Below, one piece after another: positions 1-10,329 of a DNA stretch of 64,000 bases. The position numbers were made by a program, and so were the translations under genes. The stretch comes from Selaginella moellendorffii (taxonomy: Eukaryota; Plantae; Lycopodiophyta): the NCBI RefSeq assembly GCF_000143415.4, contig NW_003314318.1, positions 186,001 through 250,000 on the forward strand, written 5' to 3'. The notes under the pieces are model-generated. The model searched no databases, was not told the origin of the DNA, and saw nothing but the letters and a program-made list of their open reading frames with translations. Positions within the stretch are counted from its first letter, which is position 1. Each line of letters begins with the position of its first letter.

Positions 1-214
1 TGGGCCACAAGCATTTGGTGGCCGCTCTGGTTGTACGGAGTGGCCCATCGAGATACTTTATTCTTTTTTTCTTGCTATGAGAGGCCATGGAAATCGCAAA
101 CGCTGGCGTGTAGTTTTCTCGATCACGACCAATAGCTAAGGGGACTTCGCTTTCACTGAAGAACAAGAGCTAATTTTTCTTGGTGGGTCGACTGTCGATC
201 TCTTCGGGAAAACG

Positions 215-1861
215 ATGATGGTGGTGTTTGATCCAGGCAGCCTTACTGCCAATCCCCAACTCCAGCAAGCCCTCGCCCGAATGGAGCAAGATCGATCAAT
301 CGACTACACGGACTACGCAAAACTCCTCAAGCAGTGTGGAGATTCCAAATCCCTCGAGGACGGAAGGCTCGTCCACACGCACATCCAAACCAATGGCCAC
401 GTCCACAACAGATTCCTCACGAACCACGTCATTCACATGTACGGAAGATGCGGCAGTGTGGAAGATGCCCGCAAGGTCTTTGATTCCATGTCCGCCCCAA
501 ACGCGCATTCCTGGAATATCATGATCACGGCATATGCCCAGAACGGGCATCTTAACGAGGCGAGATGCCTCTTCGCCCAGATGCCCGACCTGGATGTTGT
601 CACATGGAACGGAATGATCACGGCCTATTCTCAGAACGGGCATCCCAGAGATGCCCTCGGGATCTACTTCACCATGAACTTGGAGGGTCTCCGGCCCAAC
701 AAGGTGACGCTCATCACCATTCTAAACGCGTGCTCCAAGCTCGGGGATTGGCACCAGGGCAGGATCCTCCACGACCAGATCGTCACCACCGGGTACCTCG
801 CTGACGTCATGGTCGCGACTGCGCTGCTCGACATGCACGGAAAATGCGGCCGTACAGAGTACGCGAGGCGTGTGTTTGATGCGATGCCGGGCAAGAACGA
901 GGTATCTTGGAGCGCCATGATATCGGCATATGCCGTGAACGGGCATATGCTCCAAGCTGGGAATCTTTTCCGTGCGCTGCCCGAGTGGAACGTGGTGGCG
1001 GCCACGGCCATGGTCCAGGGATATGCCCTGAAAGGGAATCTCGACACGGCCAAGGGAATGTTCGACGAGATGCCGTGGAGGAACGCTATCTCGTGGAATG
1101 CCCTCATGGCGGGATATGCCCAGAATGGGCAGGGCGACACGGCCGTCGATCTATTCCGGCGCATGGATCTGGACGGTGCACAGCCGTGTACGGTATCGGC
1201 CGTCATCGCCGTGGACGCTTGCACGGACACGGGCGCCATGGCTCAGGGCCGTGCCGTACATTGGAGCCTCCGCGAGTGTGGGATGGACGCCGACGTAGCG
1301 GTCGCGAATTCTCTCGTGAATTTCTTCGTGCGCTGCGGCCGGATCGACGAGGCGATGGGGATTTTCGGGGGAATCCGGCGCAAGAATGTGGTATCGTGGA
1401 CGGGCGTGATGATCGCCTTCGCACAGCAGGGCGATGTCGATGAGGCGATGCGCGTCTTCTTCGTGATGCAAGCCGAGGGAGTGGAAGCGGACGAGATCGC
1501 CTTCATGATAATCCTGGGCGCTTGCAGCCACAGCGGCGTTCTAGAGGATGGAATCCACTGCTTCACCTCCCTGGTCCAGGATTACAAGATCCGGCCGGAG
1601 CTGGATCACTACCTGTGCATGATCGATCTCCTGGGGCGATCGGGGCTGCTGTTCGAGGCCGAGGATCTCATCAACACGATGCCGTTCGAGCCCGATGCGG
1701 TGGCGTGGAGGATCTTGCTCAATGCGTGCCAGATGCATGGGAAATCCGAGGATGGAGCCGCGGCGGCGATGGAGCTCTTTGGCATCAATGGCAAGGAGCG
1801 AAGCTCCTCGCCATACGTGATGATTTCAAATATGTGGAGGAAGAAGTCCAAGAAACCCTAG
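215..1861 (+). CDS. PLS-class pentatricopeptide repeat protein with E domain (organellar RNA-editing factor type), intronless
   Basis: 548-aa ORF with repeated PPR motifs (SWNIMITAYAQNGH, TWNGMITAYSQNGH) and E-domain signature HYLCMIDLLGRSG...AWRILLNACQMHG; no DYW tail. Confidence 0.92.
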   Translation: MMVVFDPGSLTANPQLQQALARMEQDRSIDYTDYAKLLKQCGDSKSLEDGRLVHTHIQTNGHVHNRFLTNHVIHMYGRCGSVEDARKVFDSMSAPNAHSWNIMITAYAQNGHLNEARCLFAQMPDLDVVTWNGMITAYSQNGHPRDALGIYFTMNLEGLRPNKVTLITILNACSKLGDWHQGRILHDQIVTTGYLADVMVATALLDMHGKCGRTEYARRVFDAMPGKNEVSWSAMISAYAVNGHMLQAGNLFRALPEWNVVAATAMVQGYALKGNLDTAKGMFDEMPWRNAISWNALMAGYAQNGQGDTAVDLFRRMDLDGAQPCTVSAVIAVDACTDTGAMAQGRAVHWSLRECGMDADVAVANSLVNFFVRCGRIDEAMGIFGGIRRKNVVSWTGVMIAFAQQGDVDEAMRVFFVMQAEGVEADEIAFMIILGACSHSGVLEDGIHCFTSLVQDYKIRPELDHYLCMIDLLGRSGLLFEAEDLINTMPFEPDAVAWRILLNACQMHGKSEDGAAAAMELFGINGKERSSSPYVMISNMWRKKSKKP

Positions 1862-1871
1862 CGCGCTGGCG

Positions 1872-2938
1872 ATGGCGATGGCGGAGGAAGATTTTGGCGA
1901 CGCGGAGCTCTGGGCCGCGATCGACAGCGCCGCTGCTGCGAGGTATGGCGGGGACAGATCGATTGTTGTTTCCTCTCGATTCCAGCAGCAGCAATCTCCT
2001 CCCGCTCGGCGGCATCCACTCGTGGAGCTCCCGCCCTCTCCGCAGCAGCAGCCGGGGCTAGGACTAGGCTACATTGTGCCGCGCATGGCTGCTAGATCCG
2101 ACGCCATCGCCCCTCCCTCTCTCAAGCGCCAGCAGTCGCATTTTCCCGATGGCCACATTCCAGTCAGGCAAAAGCAAAGCTCGTATCTTGGGAGTATCGT
2201 GGCTCGCGACGCTGGGCGTCCAAGCTCCTCCTGGACGAATCAAAACGAGAACCAGCAACCCAGCACTACCAATCACAACGTTTCGCCGTGGATGCCACAG
2301 CAGGAGATCCCTTCTTCGACTGTTTTTCGGCAGCTCCAGGACGCAGCCATGGCGGTAACCATGATTTCTTCTTTCTGTGACTTCCTTACCAGCTTTTTTC
2401 TCTTTTCTTCTCGGCTAGATCTTGGAGAAGGGAGACTATCTCATGATGCAAGGGAAGCCATTCATTCGAAAGTCTGGTCAGTTTTTTTCTTTCTCGTCTT
2501 GAACCGAAGCAAGGATTTAATCTCTCGTTTATGCGTGTGTGCCAGGATGGAGGAAGATCGCTTTCTTTTTCAGCATTTCTTTCGAGATCAAGGAGAGGAA
2601 AATCGAGTATGATCAAAACACAAATGTTCTTCGTGCCGAGTTTGTGGTCAGAGCGTCTATGCAGTACGTATGCCCGTTTTTCTTCCTTTGCTATAGTATG
2701 TACGAGACACTTGCAGATCCGGGAGGTTTTCTGACGGGTGGGGGTCTTGCGACTTGAGAGAGAAGAGATTCTCTAAACCAAACCATGATATTCCAAGCAC
2801 AGCAGAAACAAGAGCCAAGACTAGAGCTTGCCAGGTTCTTCTCTGAAATTTTCTCTATGATGTCATTTATTGACTTGACATCGCTGTGATCAGGATCTAC
2901 TCGGCATTGGTGAATACAAGTCTGGTGGAAACATTTAG
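1872..2938 (+). CDS. Conserved plant protein of unknown function; 5 exons (1872-2354, 2419-2476, 2546-2663, 2717-2834, 2894-2938)
   Basis: Four GT-AG introns join into an open frame ending ...KPFIRKSGWRKIAFFFSISFEIK...GRFSDGWGSC...HDIPSTAETRAKTRACQDLLGIGEYKSGGNI*. Confidence 0.8.
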
Positions 2939-2969
2939 CCTTCAGGTTGGTTCTACGACACAACTCTTC

Positions 2970-4488
2970 CTAAGCGTATAACTCTTTAGCCAGCCTTGGC
3001 GTTGCAGAAACCATGAGATTTTTGTTTCTGCGTGTCGCTCCGCCCGTTGACTCGCCCATATCAACCTCTCGTCCTTCGAGAGTTGCCAGATCAAACGCCT
3101 GAATCACAGTGGCGACTGAGAGCGGAAGCATCCTCATGGCCATCAGGTATCCAGCACAGGTCCTCCTTCCCGCACCAAATGGCAGCAACGAGAAGTCATC
3201 TCCAGTGAGCTTGACATCTCGCTCCAAGAATCTCTCGGGCACAAACTCCAGTGGCCTGTCCCAGGTTGACGGGTCCCGGCCGATAGCCCACGCGTTGACG
3301 AAGATGGTGGATTTAGCAGGAATGTCGTACTCGCCGATCTTAGAAGCAGCGGGATTGTGGTGAGGGAGCAGCAGTGGGAGTGGCGGGTGCAACCTCAAGC
3401 TCTCCTTGATAACAGCGTGAAGATAAGGCAGCCTTGGAAGGTCGGATTCTTGGACGAGCCGAGATGAACCGACGACTTGGTCGATCTCCTTCTGAGCCCT
3501 GGACAGGATAGCAGGATGGCGAACTAGCTCGGCCAGTGTAAAGTCGATGGAGGTTTGGGACGTGTTTATTCCGGCAATGAAGAAATCCTGGCAGAAGAGA
3601 AGAACCAAGATCAGGCTCGACCAAGGAAGGAACAAGACTTACGCTGAGAAGCCCGATCGTCTGGATGTGGGTGAGACCATCCTCCCCATTGAGATTGACG
3701 AGCACGTCGACAAAGTCCTCGACTTCCCGCGACGAGCTCTTGTGGTGCGCGATGATCTTCTCCATCAGGCTCTTGATCGGCGGCATCACCACGTACTTGA
3801 ACCTGCGCTCCAGGCCTTGAACGTCAAAGCGCCTGAGGAACGGGAAGAGGTCCCCGAGGTTGACATTCAAGAGCTCTTCGCCAGCCTTCTCGAAGATCCC
3901 ATTGAGCGACCGTGCATCGATTCCCAGGCTCTTATCATCGGTGCCGACGAGAAGGTTGACGACGCCTTGGACAACAGCGGCATTGGTGGCAGCAGTGAGA
4001 TCTACGACTTCCGGCCCCTCGTCCAAGATGTTCTTGATCATCGCCTTCACCTCCCGGTGCCGGACGGAAGCGGTGGTGTTGAGCTTGGAGGGCGTGAAGA
4101 GATGCGTGGCCGAGACTCGCCTCATGAGCTTCCAGGTCTCCCCGTAAGGCGCGACGCCGAGATCATTGTAGTCGAAGCTGATCTGCCGGAGGTTGCCAAG
4201 GTCTGGCCGGGACGCAAACTCCAAGTCGCGGGACTTGAGCACCTCTCTCGCGGCGGCGGCACTGTTGATGGCGACGGTGGGAACCATTCCGAGCTTGAAG
4301 TAGACGACGGGGCCATACTTTCGGCCGAGCTCCGCGAAGAAGATGGGGAGAGGCTCCTTGACGATGAAGAGGGAGCCGACGATCGGCCAGGGGAATGGTC
4401 CTGGAGGAAGCTTGAGACGCGCTCGAAGATTGCGAGACCACCAGAGGAGGATGAGCAGTGCTAGAGCTAAGAACCAAGCGCCTTCCAT
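2970..4488 (-). CDS. Cytochrome P450, CYP71-clan (A-type); 2 exons, intron 3588-3642
   Basis: N-terminal anchor, LPPGPFPWPIVG hinge, ESLR (ExxR), PERF, heme motif FGAGRRTCAG; single GT-AG intron just before the I-helix. Confidence 0.93.
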
Positions 4489-4619
4489 GAGAGTATACAG
4501 TGTTCTAAGGCTCCAAAGGGGTTTTTTTATCTCCTTCTCTTTTGTCTTCTTTGGACAAGACTCGAGTGGAATCGAATCTTCATTGTTTTAGTTTGGCACT
4601 CGACTATCAAGCTATACTA

Positions 4620-6040
4620 TCAAAGGTGGAGCTTGTTCATGACTTCTTGCTCCAAGCAAACGTAAGCAATCACATCACCCTCTCTTCGCGCTGGGAAGTA
4701 GTAAACTTTGCCATCTTCGATCACGGGAAAGATGGCCACTCCGCAAGCTCTGCCGAATCCAAAGTCCTGGAAAACCGGGAAGTAGAAGGAGCTCCCGACA
4801 TTCACATCCTTGTCCAGCGCCAATCTCGGCATCACTGTAAACTCGCCACCGCGAGAAGATCCAACCAACTTGCAGTAGAAACTCACCTCCTCCTCGTCAC
4901 TGCTCTGGATGATCTTCTCCTTGACAAGCCGAGCTCCTCGCTCCAATCCTTTGTGGGAGAGTAGCTCCCCAGCGCTGGTGGAGGTCCTAGCCATCATGGC
5001 CGCCTCGCCAACGTAGCCGGCCGGGAGAGCTTTGACTTTCCCGCGGCAGTTGACCGCGAAGAACAGTGCCGTTGACTCGCGGTCGTGGAGTTGCCTCGCG
5101 CGGCAGATCTCCCTCCAGATGTGGGCGGTGAGGAGCTGGAAGGTGGTGAGCCCGGGATTCTCCCGCTTGAGCGATCCAATCTCCTCCTTTGCGAAAGAGA
5201 AGCATTTCATGGCGGTGGTGGAGCTTGGATCGTTGCCGTGAGGGGCGGAGAAGTTGCGAACGACGTCCGAGTTCTTCCACAGCATGAAATCCGGTGGGAG
5301 CTCGATCTCCAGCTTCTCGTCGCGCGGGAGAATCGCGATGGTGGATGGAGTTTCCATGACCACCGGCTCCAGCGACGGGGATTCGCCGCGGCTTATCTCG
5401 GACCACGACTTGACGAAGTGCCATGCTCCGGTCCCATCCAGGACTTGGTGATTGAACTTCACGGAGATGCAAATCCCACCGCATGCGAATCTCGTCACCT
5501 TGCATCACAGGAGAGGAGAAATCGTTTTCATACTTTTGTGAATGCTTGCTTGCTTACCTGTGTGATGAATAGAGGATGATCCAAAGTCCATGGCCACTTG
5601 AGAAGATGATCTCCAGTTTGTGCCAGATCCAGGAGCATTCTCAGCGGGATTCCCACATAGTGGCCATTCACCTCGTTCTTTGCAAGCTCGTCAAGAGAGA
5701 CTCCCGCGACCGCCTCGATGAAGAGCACTCCTTTTCCATTGCAGACAAGCTCCATTCCACCGCCATCTTCCTTGACCAGCAATCTCCCAGCGATGGGATA
5801 AAACCCGGTGAGCGCCTTGCCGAGGGAATCCTTAAGCTTCGCTACAATGTCGTCGAAACAAGGAGGATCATCGACTGGATTCTTGAAGAAGAGAAAGCGA
5901 GTTCTGTAAGGCAGGAACCATGTCATATGCGAAAGAGCCGAGGGGATAAGCTTGGCAATAGGAGACTCGAGCTTCTCCCGTGGAGGAACCAAGCAACTGT
6001 TCTTCACCACCACTTTCGAGTGGATCAGCTTGGATTCCAT
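4620..6040 (-). CDS. BAHD acyltransferase 1; 2 exons, intron 5499-5557
   Basis: FYPIAGRL, GVLFIEA, HQVLDG (HxxxD), DFGFG (DFGWG-like); intron at the conserved Q|V position. Confidence 0.92.
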
Positions 6041-6254
6041 CTCGTGGGCTTTTCCAAAACGATTACTCTTTTAACCTCGTAGATCTCCCAGTGCCCCACG
6101 TTTTGTTCGTGGATCGACCGACACTGCTTTAAACGTGTTCCTTTGTGACCTTCAGCTTTTATGGCAAAAAAGTTGGCGTGTAAAGATGACAGTGACTCCA
6201 TAGCCAAGAACTTACGAGTTCTCCTGTGAAACGGGATTGCGATGCCACGCAACG

Positions 6255-7892
6255 CTACCCTGGATTATCTTTCTTGTCCACGTAGAGATTGAAGAGCAAC
6301 ACGTAAGGAGCATCACTCCCGGGATCCAGCTCCAGCAACCTCCTCGCAACTCGACCACCCCGCTTGAAATCTCCATGAACTTTGCAAGCGGCCAGCAGCG
6401 CTTTCCACTGCATGATTCTCTCCGCGGCGTCATCGGGAGAGATCTTGTCCACCATTCTCTCGGCCTCCTCCAATCGCCCAGCTCGTCCCAGGAGATCGAT
6501 CATGCAGCCCAAGTGCTCGCTCGAGGGGGTGATCCGGTAGTCGGCGATCATCGACGAGAGGTTGTAGACCGCGTCGTCGAGGCGACCAACGTGGCCGCAA
6601 GCCGCGATGGCGCTCACGAAGGTGATGCTGTTGGGCCTCTCCCCGGCTTGCTTGAGCGCGTTGAAGAGCTTGAGCGCTTCCATGGCGTGGCCGTGCTGCG
6701 CGTAGGCGGAGATCATCGTGTTCCAGCACAGGATGCTCTTCCCGGCAATGCCATCGAAAGTGGATCTCGCGAGGCCGAGAGCTCCACACTTCCTGTAAGT
6801 GGTGACGAGCGCCGTGCCGGTGATGACGCTCACGCGAATCCCACTGGCGAGGATCCGCGAGTGGAAGCTTTTCGCCATCTGCAAGCTCGAGGACGCCTCC
6901 AGCACGCTGACGAACGAGACCGCATCGTGCTTGATCCCATCCAGATCGAGCTCCCAGAAGAGCTGGAGCGCTTCTCTGTGATGCCCGTTCTGCGCATACG
7001 CAGCCATCATCGCAGTTCGCGACACCAAGTTCATCGCTTCCAATCTCTCGAACGAGCGCCTGGCTCGATCGACGTGACCGCATTTGCCGAGAGCAAAGAC
7101 GAGAGCCGAGACCACGGTTTCTGCCGAAGAAATCGAGCTCTCGCTTCCCTCGATTCGGGAGTGGAGAATCTCGCAGCAAAATCTATCCCCGAGACCAGCA
7201 CAGGCCTCCAAAAGAACAGTAAAGGTGACACAATTTGGTTTCACTCCTTCCAAATCCATGCTCTTGAGGAGCTCCAGCGCTTCTTTGTAATGCCCAGTAT
7301 TGGCAAATGCCGAGATCATAGCAGTCCACGAGACAACGTTCCTCTCTTTGATCCAACCAAACGCCGCGATGGCTCGATCGATTCTCTCAAGCTTCCCGTG
7401 CATATGTACAATCGCGGTGCCGACGAAAACATCGGATTCAAGCCCCGCCTCGATGATCCTCGCCTGGATCTCCATACCGTACTGCCCAAGCGCGCCGTCC
7501 GTACACGCCTCCACGATGGTGGTGAAGGCGTGCTTGTCGGGTCTCACGCCGCCGAGCTCCATCCACCGGAAGCACAGCACGGCGTCGCGGAACCTGGCGT
7601 TGGCGGCGAATGCCGCGGCCATGATCGTCCAGGAGACGACATTCCTGGCATGGATCGTCTGGAAAATGGCGCACGCGCTCGCGAGATCCCCCATCTTGCC
7701 ATACATTGCCACCAAGAGATTTGGGAGGAGTGTGTCGCGATGGAATCCAAGCTGCGCGATCGATGCACGGATGATCTTCGCTTGCCACTGGTGCCGGCAT
7801 TCTTTTATCGCTGCTACGCACCACGCCCTCGAGGATCCAAGTTGCATACAAAAGAAAAATGGTTGCCACGTGGCAGATCGACGCCTCGTCAA
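6255..7892 (-). CDS. PLS-class PPR protein with E domain, intronless (true start may be the downstream Met, MQLGSS)
   Basis: PPR repeats (VSWTAMISAFANTGH, CWNTMISAYAQHGH) and E-domain HLGCMIDLLGRAG...WKALLAACKVHGD...APYVLL. Confidence 0.88.
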   Translation of the reverse strand: MTRRRSATWQPFFFCMQLGSSRAWCVAAIKECRHQWQAKIIRASIAQLGFHRDTLLPNLLVAMYGKMGDLASACAIFQTIHARNVVSWTIMAAAFAANARFRDAVLCFRWMELGGVRPDKHAFTTIVEACTDGALGQYGMEIQARIIEAGLESDVFVGTAIVHMHGKLERIDRAIAAFGWIKERNVVSWTAMISAFANTGHYKEALELLKSMDLEGVKPNCVTFTVLLEACAGLGDRFCCEILHSRIEGSESSISSAETVVSALVFALGKCGHVDRARRSFERLEAMNLVSRTAMMAAYAQNGHHREALQLFWELDLDGIKHDAVSFVSVLEASSSLQMAKSFHSRILASGIRVSVITGTALVTTYRKCGALGLARSTFDGIAGKSILCWNTMISAYAQHGHAMEALKLFNALKQAGERPNSITFVSAIAACGHVGRLDDAVYNLSSMIADYRITPSSEHLGCMIDLLGRAGRLEEAERMVDKISPDDAAERIMQWKALLAACKVHGDFKRGGRVARRLLELDPGSDAPYVLLFNLYVDKKDNPG

Positions 7893-7994
7893 TTATCCAC
7901 GTAGATGCCACGTTAAAAATAAATTAAAGTTGATAACATTAATCCAACGGTTCTGCTTTAAAACGTCCTCTCTCCTCGGCGCTTCTTCCAAGAT

Positions 7995-8225
7995 CACTGG
8001 TTCGTGCCTTACATGACTCACCTTCTCTTCTTCCCAAAGCCTCCTCCTCATCTCTCCTTAGAGGCCGTTTTAGCAAATCTCAAGACCTCTTTTGTCAAGG
8101 CGCTGCTGGAGTTTTACCCTTTGGCGGGCAGATTGGTTGTGAGTGAAAGCGAGAATGGACTTGTGGTTTGCAATGAGAAAGACGCCCTCTTCATTGAAGC
8201 CAGTGCTACTAGTGAAGTGAGTGGT
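7995..8225 (+). pseudogene. BAHD acyltransferase exon-1 fragment truncated at a copia element
   Basis: WFVPYMTHLLFFPKPPPHLSLEAVLANLK...EFYPLAGRL...LFIEASAT closely parallels exon 1 of BAHD2; similarity ends at the copia LTR remnant. Confidence 0.8.
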
Positions 8226-10251
8226 CTCATTCGCTATGAAGTATATGGAGCTCTTCTTCGCTCATGAGTCTGATCATGGTATCGGAGCAAATGGGAGAGC
8301 GATCTGAGCAATCCTTCGAGACTGGATAGCGTTTGGGACGATTGAGCGGATTGGTGGGGCTGACCAATGGCTGCGTCAGCTTCCAATTCAGTCGATGTGG
8401 TGGCAGTGGATAGGTTGGATTGGCGAGAAGCATGCTGAGGCTGCTCCGCCGGAGAAAGATTGACGACCCATCTTCGTTTCCTTCTTCGTCTTTCGGGGAC
8501 GAAGGCTCCAAATGCCATAAGTGGTGAGGGCGTAGTGTTGCAATCAGCGGTTTTGTGACAACTCCCACCACCTTATAGAAAACGAAGTTTTATGATCCTT
8601 GCTAGGGCCTTTCCTGTTTCTGTAATGACTAATTCCTTCTTTCTGGACTCAGCCGCCACAGATCACATGGTATGTGACGATTCTCACCTGGAGGATTATC
8701 GCCCTACCGCAGGTGATCGTGTCCTCGTGGGGAATTCGGCTAGCATCCCAGTTCATGGAACAGGCACACTTGTAATCCACATGCCCGAGGGGTTTGGAAA
8801 AATGCCACGCAAACCGTTTCCTGCTGGTCGTGCTCATCGTGCTCGCGAGAAAATGGAGCTAGTCCACACCGATATCTGTGGTCCCATGCAGACGCTTGGA
8901 CGAGGTGGTTATCGATATTTTCTCACATTTATCGATGATCTTTCTCGCTACACAGTGGTGTATTTTCTACGCTTCAAATCTGAAGCTTTACAGCATTTTC
9001 TCCAGTTCAAAGCTGTTGACGAGACACGAACTGGGCAGCTCTTGAAACGACTCGGGTGTGATGGAGGTGGTGAGTACACATTCAATGAGTTCAATCGAGT
9101 TTGCCAAGAGGCTGGCATTCTTTGTGAATTCACAGTTGCATATTCTCCTCAGAAAAACAGGAAGAATCACACGTTGATGGAAAGTGCACGTGCAATGCTA
9201 CAGGTTAGTGGCCTTCCTAAGTCCTTTTGGGTTGACGCTATTAGCCTTGCTAACTACGTCCAAAATTAATTACCTACAACCGCTGTGGATGGAAGAACTC
9301 CTGAGGAGGCCTGGACTGGCAGAAAGCCCTTGGTGGCACACTTGCGTATTTTTGGCTGTGAAGCTTGGGCTCATGTGCCTGCACAGCTGCGAAGAAAGCT
9401 TGATGCAAAGAGCATTGAATGTAAATTCTTGGGTTACAGCTTGGATCATGCTGCTTGGCATCTCTGAAATCCTGCTACACAGAGATCATCAGCAGGGATG
9501 TGAACTTCAAGAAAGAGCCCCTACTCAGATCGTCTCGCAGCTTACCTGGTCCAAACACTGTGGGAGACTCTTCAACGGTAGGAGATCCTCCTGAGGAGCT
9601 TCTAGTAGGCTCTGTGACCATTCCTGTGACATATCCACCTGCTGCCCCCATTCCTACGGTGGACCACGCGCATAGGGAACCAGTCCCAAGCTTCAGCTGA
9701 TTGGGCGGCAGATAACTCGTAAATCCCGATTAGGTTTTCAATTTGGGCATCCTTGAGCAGCAATCGATGGTAGCAACTTGAAGCACAGAGGCTGAGTACT
9801 TCTCACACGCAGTTAAGAACTCGTTTGGCTCAGGGCTCTACTTGCGGAGATTGGTATTTTTCAGCAAGGTCCAACGAGGCTGTGGTGTGACAACCAGAGC
9901 TGCATCACCCTGGCTGCTAACCCTCGCTACCATTGCCGCACCAAGCATTTCGATATTTATCATCACTTTCTTCATGAGAAGACTAAAGAGGAGATTCTCG
10001 AGCTAGCATACTGTGCTACACATGGTGGCTGATATTTCACCAAGCCATTGGCTTATGATCGCTTTCTTCAGCACCGAGCTAGGTCTTGAGTGAGAGTCGA
10101 GGCTTCAGTGGGAATGTTGAGGATGGTGAATCCTCGCTCTCTCCACATCAGTACCACGTGGCATCCAAGGTCACGCCTCATGGCAGTTTGTCATATGACC
10201 CTCATTCGCTATGAAGAATATGGAGTTCTTCTTTGCTCACGAGTCTAATCA
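8226..10251 (+). mobile_element. Internally deleted Ty1/copia LTR retrotransposon (protease, integrase and RNase H remnants; RT missing)
   Basis: Partial 5' LTR 8226-8276 matches 10201-10251; PBS tggtatcggagc at 8277; 3' LTR TG...CA 10115-10251; FFLDSAATDHM, LVHTDICGPM, LTFIDD, CDGGGEY and WCDNQS...RTKHFDI motifs. Confidence 0.85.
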
Positions 10252-10329
10252 AATGACAATCAACATTCTCAAATGCGACTGGAGCTCTCATGATCCTAGA
10301 AGTATCAGAAGGCCAAGATTGAGCTTCAA

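Noticed and set aside
6237-7904. 555-aa plus-strand ORF and other long antisense ORFs (e.g. 3547-4464, 37144-37860, 48684-49316)
   Set aside because: They are shadows of GC-rich genes on the opposite strand and have no motifs of their own.
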